This document shows positions 40,074-53,085 of a stretch of 64,000 bases of DNA, in pieces. Location of the stretch: NCBI GenBank assembly GCA_964016885.1, contig OZ024740.1:22506001-22570000 (forward strand). Reading direction: 5' to 3'. Below the pieces are notes generated by a model. The model was not told the DNA's origin and searched no databases. It worked only from the letters and a program-made list of their open reading frames with translations. Made by a program: the position numbers and the translations under genes. Numbering within the stretch: the first letter of the stretch is position 1; every line of letters starts with the position of its first letter. This DNA comes from Eledone cirrhosa (taxonomy: Eukaryota).

Positions 40074-40198
40074 TACATGGAACTCTTTTAACCATCTTTT
40101 GATCTTATATATTATGTATACTCCAGTCCTACAAACTGTAGAGTGCTTCTCATCCGATATCTGCATTGCTTTATTGTACTACAATAAAACTCACCTCC

Positions 40199-40265
<67 letters not shown>

Positions 40266-40574
40266 GTGTGTGTGTGTGGATGATCTAAATATGTCCAGAT
40301 ATAATGTGCAGAACTAAAGACGGGGATTTCACGTTCTTGTAGAATTTTGTTTTTGTTTTTAAACTTTGCATTATTTTTACTTTTTCTAAGTATTCTCTGA
40401 TGTTTTATATATCTTGGAATGTCTTACACAGACACATTAACATACCCACACATATACAAACACACATACAGGCATACACACACACACAGTCACACATGTA
40501 TATATGTAGATATATATACTTATTCACATATATACGTGTGTGAGTATGCTTATATATATATATATATATATATA

Positions 40575-42880
40575 TTAAAGAGTTAAACAAGATTCAATGA
40601 GTGCATCAAAGAATGAGTTTTACAGTAGATTGGAAGCACTCTACAGTATTAAACATTTTTTTTCTAGAGTTATTAATTTTAAAATACAAATATTAATAAA
40701 ATAGATGTTCTTTTGACCAATTAAATTTTATTATACATATTTCAGACAGTACGTCCTCATCAGACAAAATATAATGATACATGACATACCCTGAGATGTT
40801 AAATGGTTAAGATTTAATCAAGGTAGTGATTAACCTAAGAGAAAACTCAACATTTATACCCTAATAATGAGAAAATGCGAAAACGTAATAAATTCAATAG
40901 AGGATGTATGAGTAAGAAAAACGTTGCTTAATGTGACAGTTATAGAGATTTTAAAATGTCGGATACTACAAGTTATGGTTATCTAGGAAAACGTCTCTTG
41001 AATTATAACTGCTTACGGAGGCAACTGGTAGAAGATTTAAAGAGAGGGAGAGATAAAGGGGAGTAATATATGCAGAAAAAAAAAATGTTTTCCTTAAAGG
41101 CTAAACGGTTAAGTTTCAAAATATTTAATTTATGTTATTTTAAGGGTGAAGAATCAAAATTTTAAGTTTTTTAAAAGTTGATGGTTATTTATATTTATTA
41201 ATTTTATAAATTCTATAAATGTGTTAACATTTTTAAAATTCTGAATTTTATGAGGACAAAATTTAAAGGATTTACTTGGCCAGCGAAAGGAAAATTTACA
41301 CTGTTGAATATTTTCCTAAGTGTAATCTTTAACGAAAATTACCTGTAATGTAATCTTTAAAGAAAAACATTTTTTTTCCCTAAAGGCTAAACGGTTAAGT
41401 TTCAAAATATTTAATTTATATTATTTTAAGGGTGAAGAATCAAAATTTTAAGTTTTGTGGAGTTTACCGCAACTCAAGTATATCAAGTAACTGCGCGCTC
41501 TGTACAATGGAGACCCTGTTGATTATTAATAACTATGAGACCCTAATTAACAAAAAAGGGAATTATTCTCTAATTGCCCTCATAAAGCTACGTCTACATT
41601 TCTAGCCTCCCATAAGACCAGAAAAAAACACTAATCCATTAGATTTGGTTTTTAGACGTAAATAATCAACAGGTGAGAGCTTTAATGGCCTTTAATGTTG
41701 CTTTATCTTATAACTATCTATAGAGGGAATAACGCTCGAATGAATAACACTTGTTCAATAACACGCTGACACGTTGATATACATAACATAATATTATTAA
41801 CTTTGATCCATACCAATATTTCTCTATCTTTATTTTTCTATCTAAGTTTTAATTTTAGTTTAAATATCCAACCTGTAAATTTTTACGGAACTTATTTTTA
41901 ACTGTGAATAATTCATGTGTTTACACTTTTTTATTTATAATATGTATGTACTTATCTTTTGTAAGTTTTTAAATATACCTACCTTTATATTTTTCTATCC
42001 ATGACTTAAATATAGTGCAAATATCCAACCTATACATTTTTACGGACCTTATTTTGAACTGTGAATCATCCATGCGTTTACACTCTTTTTATATATATGT
42101 ATTTAACTTTAGCAAACTCTGTGTTAATCATTAGACTAACTACTTGACAATTAATTTTTAAATATTTCTAACAATAAGTACTTCATAAGCTTTACATACC
42201 GAAAATGTTGACATTCTTATATGTAATTTTCGTTAAAGATTACATTTAGGAAAATATTCAACAGTGTAAATTTTCCTTTCGCTGGCCAAGTAAATCCTTT
42301 AAATTTTGTCCTCATAAAATTCAGAATTTTAGAAATGTTAACACATTTATAGAATTTATAAAATTAATAAATATAAATAACCATCAACTTTTAAAAAACT
42401 TAAAATTTTGATTCTTCACCCTTAAAATAACATAAATTAAATATTTTGAAACTTAACCGTTTAGCTTTAAGGAAAACATTTTTTTTCTGCATATATTACT
42501 CCCCTTTATCTCTCCCTCTCTTTAATTCTTCTTTCAGTTGCCTCCATAAGCAGTTATAATTCAAGAGACGTTTTCCTAGATAACCATAACTTGTAGTATC
42601 CCACATTTTAAAATCTCTGTAGCTGTCACATTAAGCAACCTTTTTCTTACTCATACATCCTCTATTGAATTTATTACGATTTCGCATTTTCTCATTATTA
42701 GGGTATAAATGTTATAGGTTAATCACTACCTTGATTAAATCTTAACCATTTAACATCTCAGGGTATGTCATGTATCATTATATTTTGTCTGATGAGGACG
42801 TACTGTTGTACCTCTGAAATATGTATATTAAAATTTAATTGATCAAAAGAACATCTATTTTATTAATATTTGTATTTTAA
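40575..42880 (+). mobile_element. second Naiad-type family, 3' fragment with long inverted pLTR; hammerheads at 40726-40769 (-) and 42783-42833 (+)
   Basis: ~40680-41345 is the reverse complement of ~42223-42880; 41460-41630 encodes CALCTMETLLI..LINKK.ELFSNCPH (frameshifted); TTTTGT-CTGATGA-GGAC..GTCT-GAAA-TATGTA-TA-ATAAAA. Confidence 0.85.
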
Positions 42881-43056
42881 TATATATATATATATATATA
42901 TACATATATAAATGGAAAAAATGAAACGAAATTTCATTTCCCACTCTTAGTACGGCTGTTACTTAAATATAAGTATGTACACGTACATAGATATATGTAT
43001 ACAGACGTACAGTAGTATGTATATATATATACAAACAAGCACACATATATATATAT

Positions 43057-43435
43057 GTACGTATGGATTCACCGAACATTTATTATAATGCTCGGTGTGT
43101 TTGTAAACAAATATCCCGTATTAAGCAGCCGTAGTGTCTAGCAACCATCGTTGCTCGTTTGTTCAACACTGACAAAGAACACTGTACTAGTTTCAAGCTT
43201 ATTAGCTATCGTCAGCAACGTATACCTTCCTGCCAGATTGTTGAACGTATATATTTACCTTATGCATATTAACGGCTGACGATAGCTAATAAGCTTGAAA
43301 CTAGTACAGCGTTCCTTTGTCAGTGTTGAACAAACGAGCAACGATGGTTGCTAGACACTACGGCTGCTTAATACGGGATGTTTGTTTACAAACACACCGA
43401 GCATTATAAAAAATGTTCGGTGAATCCATACGTAC
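43057..43435. mobile_element. fold-back insertion, ~165-bp arms, a hammerhead in each arm (43180-43220 -, 43271-43313 +)
   Basis: CTGACGA-tAGCT-AATA-AGCTt-GAAA-CTAG-TA; TA-rich flanks. Confidence 0.87.
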
Positions 43436-43507
43436 ATATATATATGTGTGCATGTATGTATATATATATACATACTACTGTACATCTGTATACATATATT
43501 TATATTT

Positions 43508-43540
<33 letters not shown>

Positions 43541-43543
43541 TGT

Positions 43544-43615
<72 letters not shown>

Positions 43616-43984
43616 ACACACACTCACACACACATATATATGTATCAAAAGGCGGACAACAGAAGCCACGTACCGTTCCTCTCTGACAGATAAATTTCCC
43701 CCCAACGGAAAACCCCTTAGTTGATGGGTGCGAAATCCGAAATATAGGGACAATTATATCTCTCCCAAGGTAACTCTATCTCATGTTATTATTTTTATTT
43801 TTATTTTTACGCTCTTTCCTACGTTCCTCTACACACTATACATCTCATTCTACATTTCCTCTTACATCTCTCATTACCACCTGATTCTGTTACTCGGAGA
43901 TTTACCCATCTGCATTGTGAGGCTTCCAAAACGACAAAGGTTTTTGTATATATATATGTATTTATTCACATATATACGGGTGTG

Positions 43985-44052
<68 letters not shown>

Positions 44053-44203
44053 TACACGGGTGTGTATGATTGTGTATAGAAGATTATATTAATAAAAGGA
44101 ATTCCAACTTTGTCTGATTTACTCGTTGTATTTACAATCCTTTAAAATTATAATGATATTATAATGAAATAGTATGGTAGAATATTAAATGTTAAATGTT
44201 AAT

Positions 44204-44242
44204 TGAACGAGTAGTTTCATGCTTTCGCAATCTTCAGGCTCA
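44204..44242 (-). ncRNA. slightly degenerate minimal hammerhead
   Basis: TGAGC-CTGAAGA-tTGC-GAAA-GCAt-GAAA-CTAC-TC-GTTCA. Confidence 0.6.
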
Positions 44243-44285
44243 TATTCAGTGGTGACAGTCAAGTTTGCAATTATATATATAATAG

Positions 44286-44340
<55 letters not shown>

Positions 44341-44706
44341 AAATACCACTTAGGAAGAAGAATCAGAATGGAGAGAGAGGTGCTGTACCCCAGCAAGTTT
44401 TATGGCAGGTGGGTGAAAGTGGCGAGAATGGCCCGAGTGAATGGGTCTTCTCTCTATATCAGCCTGTAGGTTGAGGAAAAAGAGGAAGAGCGGAAAGGGG
44501 TACAAAGTCTTCGTACTCCTGGAGATGAGGGCTGCACATTTTTTCGGGGGTATGTGTTACCCACATGTAATGCTCCCCCTATTGAGGAAAATCGATTAAT
44601 TTTTAAATTGCATTTGTGATAGTATTTTACACGTTTTTATTGTATGTAAACTTCACCCTTTGTATTTGTCCCCTTCTTTTGTGCCCCTGTGGCTAATAGA
44701 GAAACA
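44341..44706 (+). mobile_element. Tx1 5'-truncated solo copy G
   Basis: Matches the 3' end of copy B; preceded by (TATC)n at 44287-44340, followed by (TC)n/(TATC)n. Confidence 0.92.
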
Positions 44707-44718
44707 TCTCTCTCTCTC

Positions 44719-44775
<57 letters not shown>

Positions 44776-45334
44776 ATTATACATCTATCTATCTATCTAT
44801 ATATATATATATCTATACATATATATATAGGTGTGCAAAGTAAGTGCATAAAACTCCATTTAGTCATAAACTGCCGTTAATACACCCATGTGAGTATGAA
44901 GGAGAAACATAAAAGTCACGCCATTCTTCTTCAATAAAATCGAAACATATTCAGACACGTATACACACATATAATAACACACACCAATACACACAAACAT
45001 ACATACATACACAGATACACACACACATACACACACACATATACATATGGATATATATATATATATATGCATATGTATATCTATATGTATACGTATATCT
45101 ATATGTATACGTATATATATATATATATATATGCATATAAATGACTTTACACTCACATTACACTTGTCACACGTGAGACAGGATTTGCACAGCTGTGCAC
45201 AACTTCTGGTGTAATACATTACTGAAGAACACAACTATTGCAAGTGTCATTAAATACAGACTATAAATATTCACAAGCACTTACAAGCACACCCATACAC
45301 ACATACACACACACGCGCACTCATATATATAGAT

Positions 45335-45524
45335 AACGAAGGAAGTGTGGTAAGGAAACATGTGGACCTTAACGCACCAGAGTACTTGATATTTAGGGTA
45401 GTAGTGTGGGTAATAGGAAGAGTCAGGACCTCGACAGCTGAGCTCTGGCTGTCGCGACGGCTAGATCCAAACGTTCTAGCTGTCGAAACGGCCGGAACTT
45501 AGCTGCCGGGGTCCTGATGCTTTT

Positions 45525-45528
<4 letters not shown>
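45335..45528 (-). mobile_element. fold-back mini-element H1, copy 2
   Basis: Tail plus imperfect hairpin, homologous to 24382-24550. Confidence 0.8.
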
Positions 45529-45560
<32 letters not shown>

Positions 45561-45679
45561 CACACATACACACATACACACACACATACACACATACATA
45601 CACACATACATACATACACACATACACACACATACACACACATACACACACACATACACACATACATACATATATTGCT

Positions 45680-46940
45680 ATATTTCGTGAGAGTTATATT
45701 GTTATAATATTGCCAGAAATATTAATAAAACACACTCACTGTTTGGTTTGGATTGGTTTTCTCTTCTGTATCCTTTATATCTCCAAAGTTCTTTCATCCC
45801 ACATCTGTGACATCACCAGTAGTACTATTATGTTTTCTCCCGTTGTATTGTAATGTCTACTCCATTTTTATTTTATTTGTTTATTTAATCTTGTTTCTGT
45901 CTCTGTTTGCGCATGCGTTTGTATGTGTTTTCTGTTTGGTGTGAGTTCGTGTCTAATTCTATATGTGTTTTTCTTCTTTGTTCACTAGTGTGTGTTTATG
46001 TCTGGTTGTTGTTATTGTACCTGTGTATATTTATTTATCTATTTTTACCTTAGGTCAGTATTGTGTGTTTGTGTATGGTTGTTGTTGTTCTATCTCAGTT
46101 GCTTCTTTGATTTGCCTACCTGTTGAGTCATTTCTATGTTTAGATATTATTTTAATTTCTATGTTGTCTATATTACCGTTATGTCTTTGTCTGGCGTGTT
46201 CATATAGTACCGAACAGTCTTTTTGACCTTTTATTTCCCCCCAGTGTTGGTCTAATTTCTCACTTATACTTTGAGCTATCTCACCTATGCATGTTGTTGT
46301 CATGTTTCTGCAAGTACCCTCTGTACATCTTATGCCATAGATTACGTCTCTAGTTTTACAATTTATTTGAGGATTTATTCTACATATAACACATTTCTTA
46401 TTCGTACCGCGGGTTTTCTTAAAGGGGTATGTTTTGCTGATCAGGGATTTTATGGTAGTTCCTGGCTTTTCTACCACTTCAATCTTTAAATGCGTCTTTC
46501 TTAGGGCCTTTCTAAATTTGTTAGCTAATTTCCCTCCAGAGGTTGCATCCACGAACATGACACTCTGGTATCTCTGGTTGTTGTACCATGAAGTGGCTTT
46601 CTCTATCTTATGTTTAGTCCTATCTATGCTATTTCATGATTTGCTCCTGTTCAATAGGTAAATCCCTTTCATGTCCATTTCTATGAGTGTCTTATATTTC
46701 TCTGTGGTTCCTTGGGTGTTTGGAAAGGTAGTCAATAGTGTATGGAGTTAGCTATCTGCCGGATGCACTTCATTGTGTTATTTTCTAGTTCAGGTTTATT
46801 GGTACTCTCTTGTGGAGGTGTTCTTATTACTATATTCATATCGTTTACGTAACGAGAGTACATGACGAGGGCTATGGAGTTCTCTTCTAGGAGTTCTCTG
46901 AGACTCCTTTCCCATCATACCATAAATAGGTTGGTAACAT
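45680..46940 (-). mobile_element. old decayed Penelope-like element (linker + GIY-YIG)
   Basis: ORF 46055-46558: FVDATSGGKLA..VVEKPG..CVIC..CKTRDVIYGIRC...CIGE..RQIKEA. Confidence 0.7.
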
Positions 46941-47326
46941 AGTGTGTATGCAAGTATGTATGTATGTATGTATGTATGTATGTATGTATGTATGTATGTA
47001 TGTATGTATGTATGTATGTGTGTATGCAAGTATGTATGTATGTATGTGTGTATGTATGTATGTTATCTCTTTCTCTTAATTTCAAGAAAGTTGTATATAT
47101 GTATGTATGTGTGTATGTGTGTATGTATGTGTGTATGTATGTGTGTGTGTGTGTATGCAAGTATGTATGTATGTATGTGTGTATGTATGTATGTATGTTT
47201 CTGGTTTGGAGACCGGGAAAAAATAAATCTATGTAGTACACAAATAATGTTTAGAGCCAGTCTGATATTGAATACACACACACATTCTCTCTCTCTCTTA
47301 CACACATACACGTACACACACACACA

Positions 47327-47357
<31 letters not shown>

Positions 47358-47639
47358 TCTCTCACACACACATACACACACACACACACTCTCTCTCTCA
47401 CACACGCATATATATATGTATATATATAAACGGAAACAAAAAAAGAACAAGCAGTACAGTACAAGGAAAAAAAAAATCAGCTTAACGCTTGATATGGTTG
47501 GAAAATTGTTTTAACATTTTGGAGACAAGGCCCTCATCAGAATATAAGATGAAATAGAAAGGTATAGAGTAAGAAGGGGAATGGACGGAAAACATTTGGT
47601 GAAAAAGGGGTTAGTCTCCCTCGCTTTCTCCTTTCTCTC

Positions 47640-47658
47640 ACTCTTTCTTTATTCCTTC

Positions 47659-47689
<31 letters not shown>

Positions 47690-48215
47690 TGTTCCTTTCT
47701 TTCCTTCTTTCTTTACATTTTTCTTTCTGTCTTTCTTTCTTTGTTCCTTTCTTTCTTTCTTTCTTTCTTTCTTTGTTCCTTTCTTTCTTTCTTTCTTTCC
47801 TTCTTTCTTTTTGTCTTTCCTTCTTTGTTCCTTTCTTTGTTTCTTTCTTTTTTTGTCCCTTTCTTTCTTTCTTCCTTGCTTTGTTCCTTTCTTTCCTTCT
47901 TTCTTTCTGTCTTTCTTTGTTCCTTCCTTTCCTGCATTCTTTGTTCCTTTCTTTCTCTCTGTCTTTGTTCCTTTCTTTCTTTCATTCTTTCTTTGTTCCT
48001 TTCTTTCCATCTTTCTTTTGTCTTTCTTTCTTTGTTCCTTTCTTTTTTCTTTCTTTCTTTCTTTGTTCCTTTCTTTCCTTCCTTCTTTCTTTTTGTCTTT
48101 CCTTCTTTGTTACTTTCTTTCTTTCTTTCTTTCTTTCTTTATTTATTTATTTCATTCTTTCTTTCTCTCTTTCTTTCTTTGTTCCTTTCTTTCTTTCTTT
48201 GTTCCTTTATTTCCT

Positions 48216-48255
<40 letters not shown>

Positions 48256-48455
48256 TGTTCATTTCCTTCTTTCTTTCTTTCTCTCTCTCTTTCTTTCTTT
48301 CTTTGTTCCTTTCTTTCTTTCCATCTTTCTTTCTGTCTTTCTTTCTTTGTTCCTTTCTTTCTTTTTTTCTTTGTTCCTTTCTTTCTTTCCTTCTTTCTTT
48401 CTGTCTTTCCTTCTTTGTTGCTTTCTTTCTTTTTTCTTTCTTTCTTTCTTTACCC

Positions 48456-48520
<65 letters not shown>

Positions 48521-48543
48521 TTTCTTTCTTTCTTTCTTTGTTC

Positions 48544-48578
<35 letters not shown>

Positions 48579-48785
48579 TCCTTCTTTCTTTTTGTCTTTC
48601 TTTCTTTGTTCTTTTCTTTCCTTCTTTCCTTCTTTCTTTCTCTCTTTCTTTCTTTGTTCCTTTCTTTCTTCTTTTCTTTGTTCCTTTCTTTCTTTGTTCC
48701 TTTCTTTTTTTCTTTGTTCCTTTCTTTCTTTGTTCCTTTCTTTCTTTCTTTCTTTCCTTCTTTGTTCCTTTCTTTCTTTCTTTCC
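47640..48785. repeat. (TTTC)n-based compound pyrimidine tract with TTGTTCC interruptions
   Basis: Directly visible. Confidence 0.95.
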
Positions 48786-48809
48786 TAGTTGTGTTGTTAT
48801 TCCTTCGAG

Positions 48810-48843
<34 letters not shown>

Positions 48844-48943
48844 GTGTTTGTAAGTCATATATATCGACATATTACAAACGTACTTACACACACTCCATAG
48901 AAAATAGAGAAACATTTAAATATATATATACTGTATATATATA

Positions 48944-49104
48944 TAGGAAAAAGTATGACCCCGACGGCAGAACTCAAGCCGCTTCGACGGCTTGAGCTCT
49001 GCCGTCGGGGTCATACTTTTTCCTATTACCCACTCTACTACCTCGAGTATTGAGTATTCTGGTGCGTTATGGTCCATCTGGTTCCTTACCACAATTCCTT
49101 CGTT
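48944..49104 (+). mobile_element. fold-back mini-element H1, copy 3
   Basis: GGAAAAAGTATGACCCCGACGGCAGA.../...TCTGCCGTCGGGGTCATACTTTTTCC + tail. Confidence 0.85.
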
Positions 49105-49106
49105 AT

Positions 49107-49138
<32 letters not shown>

Positions 49139-49190
49139 CACTCTTTCCCTATGTATATATGTATATATATATATATATATATACATACAC

Positions 49191-49221
<31 letters not shown>

Positions 49222-49321
49222 TGTATGTATGTATGTATGTATGTATGTATGTATGTATGTATGTATATATATGTATATATATATATGTATGTATATATAT
49301 ATATACATACATATATATATG

Positions 49322-49534
49322 TAGAAATATTAAAACAATGAAATTAAACACAAAACTGTTAATTCATAGTAAAACACATATTCTTTTCTCACTATGATAT
49401 TTTGTAATATGTTTTACATAGATCAATAATTAAATGAACATGCAGAAGACTACCCCCCAGAAACGATCGTAAAATAATGTGTTTTACTATGAATTAACAG
49501 TTTTGTGTTTAATTTCATTGTTGTAATATTTCTA
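49322..49534. mobile_element. inverted-repeat insertion (~60-bp arms) with a decayed hammerhead-like centre
   Basis: 49322-49382 is the reverse complement of 49474-49534; centre CAGAAGA..GAAACGATCGTA. Confidence 0.6.
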
Positions 49535-49731
49535 TTTTGACTCTGTATCCAATTGAATTATATCGTTGATAAAAAAATGTTTGTATTTTAAACTTTGCTT
49601 CACGACATCTTCTACATACAGATTACATTGAGTTCTTTATACGGTTTAGACCCTACCGTTGAGTGGTAGATTTATCTGTATATATATGTATGTATGTATA
49701 TATATATATATGTATGTATGTATATATATAA

Positions 49732-49783
<52 letters not shown>

Positions 49784-50078
49784 GTGTATATATATCCTCC
49801 AGACACCTCTGTGTACACTCACACGTTTATTAATTTCTGTTCTTATAGACATTTTGACATTGAACCGATGAAAGGACCTTTTTTTTCTCCGCACATAATC
49901 ACAAGATGCATTTTTGTACACACTCCAAATCTCACCACAGGTCCACCCCCAAACTCCAAACACCTTCATTTATTTCTCACATCTCTTATGATTCTCGCCA
50001 AATATTCCCCACCCTTCACAACTTATCTTTACTGCCCCATCCTTTACCGGTATCTTCAACATTTAATGATGTTTATTG

Positions 50079-50112
<34 letters not shown>

Positions 50113-50254
50113 TATAAAAAGATCAAATCGAAAATGCAACTGGAGTCTTATTTTAAAAAATATATATATTTATTTGGTTCCTTTACTGGTTTCGCAGTTC
50201 TTCTGCTTTTCAAAAGTAGAGTTGAGATGGAGGGTCTGTGGCTTTTCTCACATC

Positions 50255-50309
<55 letters not shown>

Positions 50310-50924
50310 ATATATATACATATATACGAGTATATATACATATATATATACATAGATGTATTTTTACACATACTTATTTTTATAAATTATAAATATTTAA
50401 ATATATATGTATATATATATATGTGTGTGTGTGCGTGTGTGTGTGTGTGTGTGTGTGGGTGTGTGGGTGTGGGTGTGTGTATGTATGTGTCTGTGGGTGT
50501 GTGTCTGTGTCTGTGTCTGTGTGCGTTTGTGTGTGTGCATTTTGTTTTTATTTCATCCAACACTTCTCGAAGTGTTGCTAAAATGAAATTGCAGAAATGT
50601 GGCATTTAAAAAAAATCCGTTATTATTATTATTATTATTATTATTATGGCTGTTTTTGTTGTTTGTGTTGTTTATGTTGTTATTGAAGGGATATGTCAAG
50701 GAATGACAGCAAATAAAACAAGAACAACAGCAACAACAACAACAATAACAACGCCTCCAACAACAGTATTAATAACAACAACAACAGCAACAAAAAAACA
50801 GTATAATGCTCAGTACCGCCCCCAATAACAACAACAGTAACCTCCCCGCCGCCCAACAGTGTTTACTCTCCTCCTCCAAATAGCGACAGCAGCAACAGTA
50901 ACAACAACATTTGAGAACAAGAGT

Positions 50925-51135
50925 AAAATAGTTTCTAATATAGGCACAAGGCCAACAATTTTGGAGGAGTGGAAAGTCGATTAAATCGACGCCAGTGCGT
51001 TACTGGTACTTTATTTTATCGACCACGTGAGGATAAAAGGCAAAGCTAACCTCATCGATATTTGAAATCAGAATGTAAAGGGCCGTAACTCTATGCCCCC
51101 AAACATTTTGTCCGAGTTGACATGAGCGTCAAGTT
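50925..51135 (-). mobile_element. SINE family 2, longer variant
   Basis: GGCACAAGGCC..GTCGATTAAATCGAC..TACTGGTACTTTATTTTATCGACC..AAAGGCAAAG. Confidence 0.8.
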
Positions 51136-51139
51136 CTTT

Positions 51140-51700
51140 TATTCTGTTATTTGTATGAACACCGTGTACCAAGGGTCCATCCAAAACCCACGGTACTGCA
51201 GTCCGCAGAGGAAGATAAACCAGGGATTGTCCGGCCGCTCCCTCTTCGCACCGACCGCCATCGAAACCTCGTCCTCGGATCCCATACTGAGGAGGAGCTC
51301 CTCTGCAAGATGGGAACGTCAACAACCCGTCTGAGGAAGTAACCCCGCCAGGTGAGTTCGCTGTTGCAACTCGTGTCGCTGGCCATTGACCGCGGAAATG
51401 CTTTTGTAGTTTTGTCCGTGGGCACAGAGCCCACCACCCTCGCCCCTTCCAGCTCCTTTACTTCTGTGGCCCCAGAGTCCTTGCACCCCCTCCTTTTCCT
51501 CTGATTTATGTCATTTATAGCCCTTTCCTCTACATTCCCATACAGCCAGGTCTTCCCTTCCTTACCCCTTCCCCCTTTTCTCATTACTTAAGTTTGCTTT
51601 TATCTTTCTTTTTCATATTTATGTAATCATCAATGGCTTTTAAGTCAACTTTGTGAATATTTGTAATGTTATTTATACAACTGTCAATAATAAAAGCAAG
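51140..51700 (+). mobile_element. CRE-clade (restriction-like endonuclease) LINE 3' end, decayed
   Basis: Frameshifted translation AEEDK...LFAPTAIET.VLG...PRQVSSLLQLVSLAIDRGNAFVVLS resembles the CRE C-terminus (FxPxAxET...QRxSxAxxRGNA); AATAAA downstream. Confidence 0.65.
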
Positions 51701-52453
51701 CCATGATTTATAACCCATATATAAATAATATGTTGTTAGTACTGATTACAAAAATACTTAAAGAGTAACTTGAAAACAGGCCTACATTATAGTATCTGGT
51801 CTGAGTCTATTACGCCTGGGAAGGGGACATTTTACGGCTGGCCTTTTACAAGCGTTGGCAAGAACCTAAAGTTATTATCTGTCTCAGATACTCTACAAAA
51901 AGTTATGGGTACAACCCTTTCACCTATGACTAAGACAGTATAAACAGTTTTAAAATTCAGCAAAATAAAGTTAATGAAGATCTATATATGTATAAAAATC
52001 ATAGAAACGACCAGGTTTCACCAAATCTTCTCTCTGTGTATGAACTTATATATCTTTAAAAACTTTAGAAATCAATATATTTAATTCTTTAAAAACAATT
52101 CTATGCCAATGCAGAATGTCTCAATCTTTTTTTTTTCGCTTCAACTAAGAAAGAAAGGGCTGAGAGAGTCTTAAAGACACACTAAAAAATACATACATAC
52201 AAATATATACATAGAAATACAAAAAGTTCCCCATACGCACATGCGCATACACACATATATGTGAGGTTATCGCTGTGTGCGTTTTCCAAGAAAAGTACTG
52301 AATACATTAAATTCCTCATGTTTAAACCATAACAAAGAATGATGAGTTGACACAGCCAATCCGATTAATTATTGAAGCCAATCAAATTCTCCTTTGCATG
52401 ACCTGACATAGTCTTCCGATTTTAGTGGGTGTATATTTTTTTGGAAATATTAT

Positions 52454-52496
<43 letters not shown>

Positions 52497-52515
52497 TATA
52501 TATATATATATACAT

Positions 52516-52557
<42 letters not shown>

Positions 52558-52560
<3 letters not shown>

Positions 52561-53085
52561 AATTAAAATGAAGAATTAGAAATAGAAGCCAGGACTATCC
52601 ATCATCAGTGGTCTACTAGCCATCATAGGTATTTCTTCGCATTAAAGACCAGATACCTCAGGTTAGCGCGAACAATAACTAAAATAAGTTATTGGGATAA
52701 AAAGAATTGGGTGGAGAAAGAGAGACAGGTAAACAAACACGAATGGTGAGGCAACGTAAAGAGAGGAAATAATGAGAAAATCAAGTCAATGATTCATTTG
52801 ATCATAAGAACTTGCGATTGATTTTCTCATTTTTTCCTCTCTTTACGTTGCCTCACCATTCGTGTTTGTTTACCTGTCTCTCTTTCTCCACCCAATTCTT
52901 TTCATCCCAATAACTTATTTCAGTTATTGTTCGCGATAGCCTGATGTATCTGGTCTTTAATGCGAAGAAATGCCTATGATGGCTAGTAGACCACTGATGA
53001 TGGATAGTCCTGGCTTCTATTTCTAATTCTTCATTTTAATTTGTATATCACATTTGCAACAACACAGCACGCCATTTTTGATTCC
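52558..53085. mobile_element. near-perfect ~490-bp palindrome plus ~40-bp one-sided tail in (TA)n (probable PLE fold-back)
   Basis: 52558-52795 is the reverse complement of ~52815-53044; no clean hammerhead found. Confidence 0.75.

Larger units (their letters stand above)
36931..40201 (+). mobile_element. Naiad-type Penelope-like element, 5'-truncated, flanked by (TA)n
   Basis: SDKTNNLY, RLIAPSKS, FDIASYY, YRDDG, NFLDV, IIWYNAPF, KIFNKHTIKFSYS, CNC..CP...C, GIY-YIG, CNLCLNEK. Confidence 0.9.

Noticed and set aside
39080-40200. SECIS element for the Naiad ORF
   Set aside because: No convincing AUGA-AA-GA kink-turn stem by eye; the only similar motif is the hammerhead core
47581-48900. 439-aa Phe/Ser/Leu 'membrane protein' and other long low-complexity ORFs (YI, HT, poly-V repeats)
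   Set aside because: Stop-free translations of (TTTC)n, (TA)n, (CA)n and (CAA)n microsatellites
52354-52383. Two AGCCAATC (CCAAT) boxes as a promoter
   Set aside because: No adjacent gene or other support; short motifs are expected by chance
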